From: Sedimentisphaerales bacterium
GTDB lineage: Bacteria > Planctomycetota > Phycisphaerae > Sedimentisphaerales > SM23-30
Direction: 5' to 3'
Length of the DNA: 64,000 bases
Assembly (NCBI GenBank): GCA_963663965.2
Contig: CAXXFK010000029.1
Span: 1-64,000 of the forward strand
Both the position numbers and the translations under genes were made by a program. The notes under the pieces were generated by a model, which saw only the letters and a list, made by a program, of their open reading frames with translations, did not search any database and had not been told where the DNA came from. Below are positions 31,164-41,245 of the stretch, one piece after another (within the stretch, counting starts at the first letter, position 1; every line of letters starts with the position of its first letter).

Positions 31164-31402
31164 AATGTTATTATTTCATTCGACGCAGTAAGATCAGGCA
31201 TAACTTGTTTGAAATGAACTGGTTATGTTTTTGATTTCAACAAAGTGTTAAGGTAGAGAAGTTTTGAGGGTTATACCGATGGGAATAATTATCTGAACAA
31301 GTTCAGCTGTAGAGATTGTATGAAGTGATATAGTGTGTTGATTATTATGGATTTAGCTATAACAGGATTATATCGCTGAGATAACGCAGTGTTGCTTTGG
31401 GT

Positions 31403-33367
31403 CTAATCAGCATCAGGCAGATTTTCGGTTGCCTGTTCCCATTGGATCATCAAAGCTTCGATTCGATCTTTTATTTCAACCAGTTCGGTCGATAAGGTGT
31501 TTCCTTTGTCGTTATCCCCCTTCAGGTACGCATCGGCGATATTATGTTCGATTTGTCTGGCCTTATCTTCCAGTTCGGCGATCTGTTGTTCCAGAATTTC
31601 AACGGTTTTAAAGGCTTTTCGTCTGGCGGCGGCTTCGGCTTTTTTTTGCTTCCATTCCTGGCCCCCGTCGCTTTTTTCTGATTTTTCAGTTCTTCCAACA
31701 TCCTGGCCGCGGGTGGCGATACGGGCCTGGCTGATTTGTTTATCCAGGTTGCGTTTGGACCAGTAGTCGCTGTAGTTGCCATCGAAGCAGACTAATGTTT
31801 TATCTTTTATTTCCGCGACGTGATCCACGACTTTATCCAGGAAGTATCGATCGTGGGAGACGACCAGAACAGTGCCTTCAAATTCGCTCAAGGCCTCTTC
31901 GACCGCTTCGCAGGTGGCGATATCCAGATGGTTGGTGGGTTCGTCCAGGATTAAAAAGTTGGGGCGAAGCAGCATTAACCGCGCTAATTGCAGACGGTTG
32001 CGTTCCCCGCCGGATAAATTGGCTATTTTTTTATTGATATCCTCATCTTTAAACAGGAAACGGGCCAGAATACCCAATACCTTTTCGTGGGATACATCGG
32101 GAATGGAGAACAATTCTTCGTAAACGGTGTTGTCTCCGGTCAGGACTTCCTGCTGCTGAGAACAGTAACTCATTGACAAACTGGGTCCGATGCGAATGGT
32201 TGAGCCTTCCCAGCGTCCGGATTGGACGATATCCCGTAAAAATGAAGTTTTACCACAACCATTGGGTCCAACCAGCGCCCAGCGTTCACTGCCGGCAATT
32301 TCGAAGGAGATATTTTTTAATAAGTCCAAATTGCCGAAAGACTTACTGTAGTTATTGACCTGCAGAGCGATATCGGCGCGGGTTTTTTCGGCCTGTAAAT
32401 TAATGGAAACGGATGCAGGAGCGGATTGTGGCGCGTCAATTAAACGGGAACGTTCGCGCTCCAGCTGGGTGCGTCTGGATTTCAGTCTTTTGCCCCAGGA
32501 CTGGTCGCTGGCATGGCCCTGGGCTATATCCGCAAATTTCTGGACCAGGGATTCCAGATGGGCGACGCGTTGCCGCTGGGCTTCGTATTGGGATTGCTGG
32601 GCCTCCAGTTTTTCCTGTTTGAGTTGGCGATATTGGGTGTAATTGCCGGGCCAAAAGGAGGTTTGGCCCTGTTCGAGTTCCAGAATGTGATCGACGACCC
32701 GGTCCAGCAGGTAGCGATTGTGGGAGACAATCAACAGGCTGCCACGAAACCGTTGTAAAAAATCATCGAGCCAGGCTAAACCCAGGAAATCCAGGTGGTT
32801 GCCGGGTTCGTCCAGGATCAGCAGGTTGGGTTCCGCCAGCAGCGCCGACGCCATTCCCAGGACATTCTGTTCGCCTCCCGACAGTAGCCGGACGGGGTGT
32901 TCCCGCCGATTGGCCAGGCCGATCCCTTCCAGCATGGCTTCGGCTCGGGCTTTGAAATGGTCTCCGTTGATTTTATCCCAGTCATCCCGGATGGCCTGAT
33001 ATTTTCTTAACAGGCGGGCGGATTTTTCGCTGTCGTCGTGCGGATCGTGGGAAACTTCCAGTTCTATGGCCCGTAATTGGTCCTGAAGCTGATGATAATC
33101 ATCCAAAAGATGTTCCATAACCGTATGATCATCATCATATTCGGTATGCTGGGCCACGTAACCGATACGTACATTCTGGGCAGTAAAGACCTTGCCGGAA
33201 TCGGGTTTGATCTGGCCGGTTAAAATTTTTAACAGGGTGGTTTTGCCGCAGCCGTTGGCGCCGATCAGTCCCACTTTCTGATTGGCGTTCAGTTCGAAGG
33301 AGACATTGTTCAGGACATCGCGGCCCTGATAATGTTTGGTAATGGAGTTGAAGACAACCTGTGCCAT
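31403..33367 (-). CDS. ABC-F family ATP-binding protein
   Basis: Two ABC domains (GANGCGKT/LSGGE/LDEPGNHLD and GPNGCGKT/LSGGE/LDEPTNHLD); no TM segments; C-terminal coiled coil. Confidence 0.92.
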   Translation of the reverse strand: MAQVVFNSITKHYQGRDVLNNVSFELNANQKVGLIGANGCGKTTLLKILTGQIKPDSGKVFTAQNVRIGYVAQHTEYDDDHTVMEHLLDDYHQLQDQLRAIELEVSHDPHDDSEKSARLLRKYQAIRDDWDKINGDHFKARAEAMLEGIGLANRREHPVRLLSGGEQNVLGMASALLAEPNLLILDEPGNHLDFLGLAWLDDFLQRFRGSLLIVSHNRYLLDRVVDHILELEQGQTSFWPGNYTQYRQLKQEKLEAQQSQYEAQRQRVAHLESLVQKFADIAQGHASDQSWGKRLKSRRTQLERERSRLIDAPQSAPASVSINLQAEKTRADIALQVNNYSKSFGNLDLLKNISFEIAGSERWALVGPNGCGKTSFLRDIVQSGRWEGSTIRIGPSLSMSYCSQQQEVLTGDNTVYEELFSIPDVSHEKVLGILARFLFKDEDINKKIANLSGGERNRLQLARLMLLRPNFLILDEPTNHLDIATCEAVEEALSEFEGTVLVVSHDRYFLDKVVDHVAEIKDKTLVCFDGNYSDYWSKRNLDKQISQARIATRGQDVGRTEKSEKSDGGQEWKQKKAEAAARRKAFKTVEILEQQIAELEDKARQIEHNIADAYLKGDNDKGNTLSTELVEIKDRIEALMIQWEQATENLPDAD

Positions 33368-33376
33368 AAATTTAGT

Positions 33377-33402
33377 ATAAAAAAAGGGGTAAAAATACCC
33401 CT
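33377..33402 (-). terminator. Intrinsic terminator of the HzsA-like gene, abutting the ABC-F start
   Basis: Minus strand AGGGGTA-TTTT-TACCCCT followed by a T run. Confidence 0.6.
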
Positions 33403-33440
33403 GAAGTTGGTTAAATCTGGTAAATAAGTCAGATTACGGT

Positions 33441-36014
33441 TTAATGATTTTGAGCCATTCTGGTCTGAAATTCAAGAAAATCCCGGATATTTTTCATTTC
33501 TTCCTCTGCCAGACGTTGGCGTTTGTTGAGAAAATGGTCATATTTTTGCTTTTCGGCATCATCCCAGGCGTTGGCTTCGCGATAGTCGCCGCAGTATGGA
33601 ACCAGCAGATCGATCCAGCAGGCGATTTTGTCCATTTCTTCCTGGTTCAGGTGGACGCCCTGGTGGTTATTGGCCAGCAGGGGGATCAGTTCGCTGACGG
33701 CCGCGCCCCGGTAATAGGGTTCAATCGGGGCGGGTATTGACTGGACTTCCAGCCAGTTAACGATTCGATTCATGCGGCCATCCTGGGTGAGAGCCAGGTA
33801 GGAATCGCTCCAATAACGCTTTGAGTCGGGATCGAGATTGTCGTTGCCGGCCAAACTAAAGGCAGACAGGGTTTGGCCTTGCGCGTCCGGGACAGGTTGT
33901 TTTCTGCGGGCAAACGCATTGAATTTTTGATTGGAGTCGTTATGGCAGGAGATACAATGCTTATCCCAGATGGGTTGAATTTCTTTGGGGTAGCTGAAAC
34001 CTCGTGGTTCACCGTAAAAGTGTTGCAGTGGTTGGGTGCCCTTTAACATGGCGGCAGTTTTACCGGAATAGTTGGGAGGGGTTGAGTTTTTATGTTCATG
34101 GCAGCCGACACAGGAAAGTGATTCACCCGGTTGCAGCGTGGACCAGCTTCTCATGGTCTGGATGGCATGCCCATTTTTGTCAATGGCCTGGAAGTAGACG
34201 GGCGTGCGTGCCGGGACTTCGAAGCAGGCAGAACCATCTTCATAGACGGGGGTTTCACCCAAAACGATTTTGACATCCCAGGCACCGTTACGACAGGAGA
34301 CGGGTGTACTGGATAAGGCTCCACCGCCGGGGCCACTACTGCCATTCTGTCCGATACCCGCGGCGCGGAAATCCAGGGTAATGACGCGCAGTTTTTTGAC
34401 GGTACCCGGAGTAATACCATTCAGCGCCGGGCCGGCGTAGATGTTCTGCATATAATAGGTGCCAGTTTTTTTTGTATAATCAACTTGGGACGGTCTGATA
34501 ATGGGTCGTCCCCTGGATTTGACCGGGATGGGTTGATTACAGGATATGGCTGGATCATAGGCCAGCAGTTCACGTTTGCCATCAATATTCATCCAGTAAA
34601 TACCAAAGGATCGGGTATATTGACGGTTGCCCATATCGTAGGGGCAATAGGTGACGAGAAATTCGGATTCCGACAGGGGGTATGGGTATTGAAATTGATC
34701 GCCATCCTGACCGTAGGCATCGATTTTCACGGCCTGGGTATCGCGGATTGGGGCGATGAGCTGGACGCCTTCGGCTTCCTGGCGTCCTTTGGAGGGATCG
34801 ATAATGGCGAGTTTGCCGCGTTGATGGGAATGGTGGCCGGTTAAAATAGCGATCAGTCTGGGACTGTCCGGGATGCTGCGGGCATGAATAATCGTGGTGG
34901 GGAACCAGGAATTGTTGCCATAGAATTCCATCTGGCCGGTGCCGTCCTGATTCATCTGGAACAGCGGCTGGGGGTAAATCTGGCCGCGATCATTATAATC
35001 CCAGCGGGTGTAGATGATCTGGCCTTTGTTGGTTACGGTTGGAAAATTGGTGTGGACCTGATCGAATCCCAGGCGTCTGAGAAAGCGACCGTTATCATCA
35101 CAGGTATAAAGATTACTGACTTCGGTCCACCAGCAATCGACAATCTGCACGCAGCGAGTGGAGTTGAATATAATATTGTCATCGGGAAGATAACACCCTT
35201 CATAATCGCTGACTCCCAGACCATCAGTAAGTTGGCGAATCTGGCCGTTTGACAGGGTGTATTCATAGAGATGATAATCATCCTGGCGATCATCCTTTTT
35301 CCAGGCGAACAGTATCCGTTGTCCATCCCAGGAGATGTCCGGATCACGGATAACTCCGTGTTGATCGGTCAGCAGGGGGCGGATACTGACCTGGGTATTA
35401 TTGACTTTCAGCAGGCAGAGTTCGCTGCCGGGCTGGAAATGTCTTTCGGCCTGGGCGTCGGATTGGCCTTCGGTATAGGCGTAATGGGAGCCTCCAATAT
35501 TATAATGTTTGGTAAAGACAATTTGCGGGGCGGATTCGGATAATGACTGGATACGATTATAGCGCCGTTCCAGGCAGGCGGTCTGGTAGAGTTCGAGCAA
35601 GGCTCTTTCATCCTGATTTTCATCGTTACCGAGCGCCTGGTCGATCTGGCGAATCAGATCGGGATTTTTGATCTCTGGTTTAACGGATTTGAGTAGGGAT
35701 TTTAAAACCGGCAGGCTGTCATCCGCAGCAAACCAGGCGGAAAAATTCATGTGAGTATCTTGAAGGAACCAGTCCCATTCCATTGGGAAGGCATCTTCGA
35801 TGAGGCGGGAAAGTTGAGAGATGGCCTGGCCGGCCCGCTCTGTCATTTTATGGTTATCCCGATATCGGTTGCGGTTGGCTACCATGGTATCGGTCCAGGT
35901 GGTGCCTTTGGCAAATTTCAGGTCCTGATTTGAAATTCGCTGGGCGTGTGCCGTGGAAAACAGACATGTGGTGAGGGTCAGGAACAGGCAGGAGAGTATT
36001 TTAGTATTTTTCAT
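33441..36014 (-). CDS. Secreted beta-propeller + HzsA-like middle domain protein with two CxxCH motifs
   Basis: Signal peptide; DPDISWDG, YTRWDYND, LGETPVYEDGS and QTMRSW motifs; CVGCH and CISCH. Confidence 0.82.
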   Translation of the reverse strand: MKNTKILSCLFLTLTTCLFSTAHAQRISNQDLKFAKGTTWTDTMVANRNRYRDNHKMTERAGQAISQLSRLIEDAFPMEWDWFLQDTHMNFSAWFAADDSLPVLKSLLKSVKPEIKNPDLIRQIDQALGNDENQDERALLELYQTACLERRYNRIQSLSESAPQIVFTKHYNIGGSHYAYTEGQSDAQAERHFQPGSELCLLKVNNTQVSIRPLLTDQHGVIRDPDISWDGQRILFAWKKDDRQDDYHLYEYTLSNGQIRQLTDGLGVSDYEGCYLPDDNIIFNSTRCVQIVDCWWTEVSNLYTCDDNGRFLRRLGFDQVHTNFPTVTNKGQIIYTRWDYNDRGQIYPQPLFQMNQDGTGQMEFYGNNSWFPTTIIHARSIPDSPRLIAILTGHHSHQRGKLAIIDPSKGRQEAEGVQLIAPIRDTQAVKIDAYGQDGDQFQYPYPLSESEFLVTYCPYDMGNRQYTRSFGIYWMNIDGKRELLAYDPAISCNQPIPVKSRGRPIIRPSQVDYTKKTGTYYMQNIYAGPALNGITPGTVKKLRVITLDFRAAGIGQNGSSGPGGGALSSTPVSCRNGAWDVKIVLGETPVYEDGSACFEVPARTPVYFQAIDKNGHAIQTMRSWSTLQPGESLSCVGCHEHKNSTPPNYSGKTAAMLKGTQPLQHFYGEPRGFSYPKEIQPIWDKHCISCHNDSNQKFNAFARRKQPVPDAQGQTLSAFSLAGNDNLDPDSKRYWSDSYLALTQDGRMNRIVNWLEVQSIPAPIEPYYRGAAVSELIPLLANNHQGVHLNQEEMDKIACWIDLLVPYCGDYREANAWDDAEKQKYDHFLNKRQRLAEEEMKNIRDFLEFQTRMAQNH

Positions 36015-36087
36015 CCGGATTGTATTTATTTTACATATCGATAATATAATAACTTAGCGTAAAGGCCACTTATGAAACTATGTATCT

Positions 36088-37068
36088 ATGAGGACTATTT
36101 TGTCGATTGAAATTGAAAAAGCACCAGTTAAAACGACTGTATCTATGCGATATTGCAATAGTTATAGCAATATCGCCACAGTATTGGACCGCCTGTTAGT
36201 TGATCTGGGTGGATTAGAGCGGTATATCAGTCCGGGAGACCGGGTATTGATCAAGCCTAATCTTATCGCGCCGATGGCTTTGGAGGTGCCAGCCCAAACT
36301 CATCCAAGTTTGATTATGGCGGTGGTTCATAAGGTTCGGGAGCTGGGGGCCGTGCCATTTGTTGGAGATTCACCCGCATGGGGGACGCTGGAGGATTGTC
36401 TGAAAAAACTTGGGATCTTTGATGAGTTGAAGCAGGCAGGGGTAGAAGTGGTGCCTTTTAAACAGAACTGCCGGTTCCAGTTTACCGATGGCGCAGTTAA
36501 TCTCAGTACGGACGCTTTGGAGGCGAACGCGATTATCAATCTACCTAAGATGAAGGCGCACCAGCAGTTATCGGCGACTATCGCCATTAAGAATATGTAT
36601 GGTTGTGTAACAGGGAAGGAAAAGGCCTACTGGCATTTTCGGAGAGGGCGGTCCTATTTTCGATTTTGCCGGATGCTGATCGAGATCTATGAGAAACTGG
36701 CGCCAGTTTTGACGATTGTGGATGCGGTAGAGGCCATGCAGGGTAAGGGGCCATTGCGAGGGACAGGTTATCCTGCGGCCAGATTGGTGGGAGGCAGGGA
36801 TCCGATTGCGTGTGAACTGGTATTGAGCGGCCAGTTGGGAATCGATCCGGAACTGTTGCCGATCCATCAGGCGTGGCGGAAGACCGGGCGACCTTATTAT
36901 AAGATGAGTGACATTAATGTTTTAAGTGATGTTAAAGGTCAGGATTATGAAAGCGAATTTGAAATGCCGGAACAGATCCCGTTGCATTTTTCATTTACTC
37001 ATATTGTTCGGAGTGTTGCCAGGCAGGCCTGGATACGGGTTAAAGGGCGGCGTGTAAAGGGATTATAA
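36088..37068 (+). CDS. DUF362 domain protein
   Basis: VLIKPN, THP, VGDSP, INLPKMKAH, AIKNMYG, IVDAVEAMQGKGP and DPIACE motifs. Confidence 0.85.
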   Translation: MRTILSIEIEKAPVKTTVSMRYCNSYSNIATVLDRLLVDLGGLERYISPGDRVLIKPNLIAPMALEVPAQTHPSLIMAVVHKVRELGAVPFVGDSPAWGTLEDCLKKLGIFDELKQAGVEVVPFKQNCRFQFTDGAVNLSTDALEANAIINLPKMKAHQQLSATIAIKNMYGCVTGKEKAYWHFRRGRSYFRFCRMLIEIYEKLAPVLTIVDAVEAMQGKGPLRGTGYPAARLVGGRDPIACELVLSGQLGIDPELLPIHQAWRKTGRPYYKMSDINVLSDVKGQDYESEFEMPEQIPLHFSFTHIVRSVARQAWIRVKGRRVKGL

Positions 37069-37583
37069 TCGCCGGGGGGTCTTGTCTGAAGATAGTTTTG
37101 GTGGTTTTGGGTGAATCAGCGCCGGTTCGTTAGATGGGCAGGGGTTTCCGCCAGGTGGCGGGTGGTTTGGTGGGATTGACTGGGTGACTTTGGTCTTACA
37201 GACCTATTGTTTATTAACAATCCACGAAATATAAATCAGTCATAAAAAAGGGTGTATTTATAAATTTAATATGAATATTAAAGATAGGATAAATGGGACA
37301 CAGGAAACGGATGGGAGTTTAAGAGATTGATTAACAGGTGGTTATGATGGGATTGGGCGAAAGGTAGCATTTATGACAGAGGGGTGGGGTTCTGATTCGT
37401 GAACTTGCAGCCATCGGGGAAAGGTTGTGGCAACAGGATAGGATATCAATATAGAGTTATTACTGAATGATGGTCAGGGTGGAAATCAGGCAAGCAAAAA
37501 TGGATCTGGCCGTTTTATTCATGAAGTGATTAAAAGCGTCTGTTCATGCGGTATTTTGAGTGAAATTGTGATTCAGGAGACTG

Positions 37584-38858
37584 ATGATGAGGAAGCAGCT
37601 GTTTTTCGTTGTATTGGGGATGGTGATCTTTTTTTGGGGGTTTTGCAGCGCGACAGCCGTCGGGGAATTGATAGCAGATGAAAGGCAGAGTGATGGGAGG
37701 TATGGGTTAGACCCTGATAATCCGGAGGATTACTCCAAGTTGTTTGTGACGGTCTGGGATACTACGCTTGGACCGGGTGCGACGGTCTGCCTGGGGTTGG
37801 CCGGTAAGGTAGATGCTACCATCGATTGGGGGGATGGTACTTTTGCGGTGGTGACTTCGCCGGGACCACATGTTCATGACTATGGGATTGATGGGGTCTA
37901 TACCGTTTCGGTGGCGGGTAGCGTCAGCGCCTATAACAGTATGCAACACGGGGGAATGAAGTCTGAACGCGCCAAGTTGATCCGAGTGGAAAACTGGGGG
38001 CGACTGGGTTTTACCAGCATGCGATATGCTTTCTTAGCTTGCTCGAACCTTACCTGGGTACCACCAGTATCGGATGGGATTGAAGCCGTTACTGACATGT
38101 CTTATATGTTTACTAGTGCAGTAACTTTTAATCAGGATATCGGCCAATGGGATACTTCCAAAGTTACTGATATGAGTTGGATGTTTGCCGGGGCGTTGGC
38201 GTTTAATCAGGATATTGGTAATTGGGATACTTCGAGTGTAGCGTTTATGAATAAAATGTTTTTTCGTGCGGGCTCATTTAATCAGGATATTGGGAGATGG
38301 GACACTTCAAACGTCATGGATATGATTGCGATGTTTTCCTATGCAGAGACATTCAACCAGGATATCGGGAAATGGGACACATCGAATGTCAAGAACATGA
38401 TTGGTATGTTTTTTCATGCAGAGGCATTCGATCAGGATATTGGGAGATGGGACACTTCAAATGTCATGGATATGATTGCGATGTTTTCCTACGCAGAAAC
38501 ATTCAACCAGGATATCGGAAAATGGGACACATCCAGAGTAGCGAACATGAAGGATATGTTTAACTATGCGAAGTCATTTAATCAGGATATTGGGAACTGG
38601 AATACCTCCAATGTCACGGACATGAGTAACATGTTTTCTCATGCAGAGGCGTTCAATCAAGATATCGGAAAATGGGACACCTCGAATGTCAGGTATATGT
38701 ACGGAATGTTTCAAGAGGCGGCCTCATTCAATCAGGACTTATACCGATGGTGTGTTAATCATATCCCATTTGAGCCGTCTGGTTTCGAGTTCGGCGCGAC
38801 CAACTGGACACAACGGCGGCCCAGATGGGGCGCCTGGCCGGCTTTTATACCACGCTAG
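37584..38858 (+). CDS. DUF285/BspA-like leucine-rich repeat surface protein, 5' part (signal peptide, PKD-like domain, 9 repeats)
   Basis: IDWGDG domain; 25-aa repeats MFxxAxxFNQDIGxWDTSxVxxM; probably frameshifted from the next ORF. Confidence 0.85.
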   Translation: MMRKQLFFVVLGMVIFFWGFCSATAVGELIADERQSDGRYGLDPDNPEDYSKLFVTVWDTTLGPGATVCLGLAGKVDATIDWGDGTFAVVTSPGPHVHDYGIDGVYTVSVAGSVSAYNSMQHGGMKSERAKLIRVENWGRLGFTSMRYAFLACSNLTWVPPVSDGIEAVTDMSYMFTSAVTFNQDIGQWDTSKVTDMSWMFAGALAFNQDIGNWDTSSVAFMNKMFFRAGSFNQDIGRWDTSNVMDMIAMFSYAETFNQDIGKWDTSNVKNMIGMFFHAEAFDQDIGRWDTSNVMDMIAMFSYAETFNQDIGKWDTSRVANMKDMFNYAKSFNQDIGNWNTSNVTDMSNMFSHAEAFNQDIGKWDTSNVRYMYGMFQEAASFNQDLYRWCVNHIPFEPSGFEFGATNWTQRRPRWGAWPAFIPR

Positions 38859-40594
38859 GACCGGGCACCACGGTAAGCCTGGGATTGGCCGGTGAGGTGG
38901 AGGCTGCCATCGATTGGGGCGATGGAATTATTGAGGATGTGACGACGGCCGGACCGCATGTTCATGACTATCACGTCGATGGGATATATTCCGTTTATGT
39001 CAGTGGCCATATAGCGGGGTATAACAGCCACGATCATGGCGGCGATGCGGGTGAGCGAGCCAAGCTGGTCAAGGTCGCCAACTGGGGAGGGGTGGGTTTT
39101 ACCTGTCTGAATAACGCATTCGAAAACTGCGTTAATCTGGTTTCAATACCGACTGATTCGTCTAAGATCAGGGCAGTAACCGATATGAGCCGCATGTTCG
39201 CGGAGGCATCGTCGTTTAATCAGGATATCAGGTGGTGGAATACTTTAAATGTTACCGATATGAGTGAGATGTTCGCCGGGGCGTTAGCGTTCAATCGGGT
39301 CATCGGGGATTGGGATACCTCGAACGTTACTGATATGAGCGGGATGTTTGCTGGTGCATCGGCATTTAATCAGGACATCGGGAGGTGGGATACACTCAGT
39401 GTGACCACGATGAGCGGGATGTTTGCCGGGGCGTCGGCATTTAATCAGGATATCGGGGATTGGGATACATTCAGTGTCATCGATATGAAGCATATGTTCG
39501 ATGGGGCGGAGGCCTTTAATCAAGACCTGTCGAAATGGAATGTTAAGAAGATCGTTTCCAGGCCGGAGCATTTCGATCGGGGCGCTATTCAGTGGGTCCG
39601 GGCGGAGTCCCGGCCACAATGGGGGGGTGATGCTTCCTTTTTTGTGACCACGTGGGATACGAGCCTGGGAGCGGGCGCGACGGTCAGCCTGGGGCTCGCG
39701 GGGAGGGTACACGCGATTATCGACTGGGGGGATGGTACGCTGGAAACTGTTCGAGCGGCCGGGCCGCATATCCATGATTATGGGAACGATGGTGTGTATG
39801 TCGTTTCGGTTACGGGCAGAGCGACGGCGTATGACAGTCTGCATCATGGCGGGGAAGCGTCCGAGCGCGCCAAGTTGATCCGCGTCGATCAATGGGGCGA
39901 CTCGGGTTTTACGTGTTTGAGTTTTGCCTTTCATAGCTGTACTCATCTGGTTAGCGTTCCGAATACTATGGAGGGGATTGAAGCGGTGACGGATATGCGA
40001 TATCTGTTTGCGCTGGCCTCGGCGTTTAATGGGGATGTTAGCCGTTGGGATACTTCGAAGGTTACTAATATGAGCGGGCTGTTCCATGGCGCGGCCTCGT
40101 TTAACCGGGATATCGGCGGATGGGATACCTCCCGCGTTACCGATATGAACCGGATGTTCTGTGAAGCGGTGGCCTTTAACCGGGATATCAGCCGCTGGGA
40201 TACTTCCGGTGTTACCAATATGTATATGATGTTCGCAGGCGCGGAGGCTTTTAATCAGGATATCGGTGGCTGGGATACTGCCAGGGTCGCCGATATGGGG
40301 GCGATGTTTTCGAAGGCCCGGTCTTTTAACCAGGATATTGCCGGGTGGGATACCTCCAGAGTCAAGCTGATGTTTTCCATGTTTTTGGAGGCCTCATCAT
40401 TTAACCAGGATATCGGCGGGTGGGATACCTCGCATGTCAACAATATGAACTGGATGTTCAAAAACGCCGCTTCGTTCGATCAGGACCTGTCCGGGTGGCG
40501 CGTGCATTGGATAGCGGCTGAACCGATCGGTTTTGACAGCAATGCGGCGAGTTGGGTATTACCACGGCCGCGGTGGGGGGGCGGCCGTGAGTGA
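38825..40594 (+). CDS. DUF285 repeat protein, 3' part (two more PKD-like modules with 5 and 7 repeats)
   Basis: Same module architecture; no signal peptide; overlaps the upstream ORF in another frame. Confidence 0.8.
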   Translation: MGRLAGFYTTLGPGTTVSLGLAGEVEAAIDWGDGIIEDVTTAGPHVHDYHVDGIYSVYVSGHIAGYNSHDHGGDAGERAKLVKVANWGGVGFTCLNNAFENCVNLVSIPTDSSKIRAVTDMSRMFAEASSFNQDIRWWNTLNVTDMSEMFAGALAFNRVIGDWDTSNVTDMSGMFAGASAFNQDIGRWDTLSVTTMSGMFAGASAFNQDIGDWDTFSVIDMKHMFDGAEAFNQDLSKWNVKKIVSRPEHFDRGAIQWVRAESRPQWGGDASFFVTTWDTSLGAGATVSLGLAGRVHAIIDWGDGTLETVRAAGPHIHDYGNDGVYVVSVTGRATAYDSLHHGGEASERAKLIRVDQWGDSGFTCLSFAFHSCTHLVSVPNTMEGIEAVTDMRYLFALASAFNGDVSRWDTSKVTNMSGLFHGAASFNRDIGGWDTSRVTDMNRMFCEAVAFNRDISRWDTSGVTNMYMMFAGAEAFNQDIGGWDTARVADMGAMFSKARSFNQDIAGWDTSRVKLMFSMFLEASSFNQDIGGWDTSHVNNMNWMFKNAASFDQDLSGWRVHWIAAEPIGFDSNAASWVLPRPRWGGGRE

Positions 40595-41245
40595 GGATTT
40601 GAGGAAGGTAATTGTTGTGGTCATGGTTAGTTATGTCTTTTACTTCCGGCGTGAAATCCTGACGATAGCGGTTCGGGGAGGGAGTTGTGGGATATTTTTA
40701 AACACAGATAATCGTTAATACCCAATCCACTGTATGGGTAAAACAAATTTGCCCATTCTGATGCTCATTCGAGTCAGGCCTGATAAAAGTCTTTATCTAA
40801 AAGAGGAAAAGTTGTAAATATTTCTGATTAAAAACCGTGATTATCCCTGGTTTTTCCGGATTTCACCAACACAAATCCAATGCAATGTTTCATTTTCATG
40901 AGAAAACAAAATATCAGATTTTTTTTAAAAAATGTGGTCTTTTTTATATTCATCGAGTATAATACACTAAGAAAACTTTCCCCAGACTAATATTTCACTC
41001 AAACAAAACCGCCTGCTGTCGCTTCTGCTGGTCACCCGATCAGTTTTGACGGCGTATCGTTTCAGGTGCGTGCAGACCTCTATCTGCAGTCGATACGATT
41101 TTTATTCCAATACAATAACAGAGGAAGTCTATAGAAATCGTTGGAGCTGATGCTCCAACCAGAACATTAAGATATGGGTTTCCAACCCAATGATTCCTGA
41201 TAGTATCGTTTCGCGACAAATAAAGATCAAATTTTAGGGGCCAGG

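Noticed and set aside
38090..40500. CRISPR-like periodic repeats
   Set aside because: The 75-bp period is in frame, degenerate at third positions and encodes DUF285 repeats; no cas genes.
37584..40594. Diversity-generating retroelement target
   Set aside because: No reverse transcriptase, and the repeat differences are not adenine-specific.
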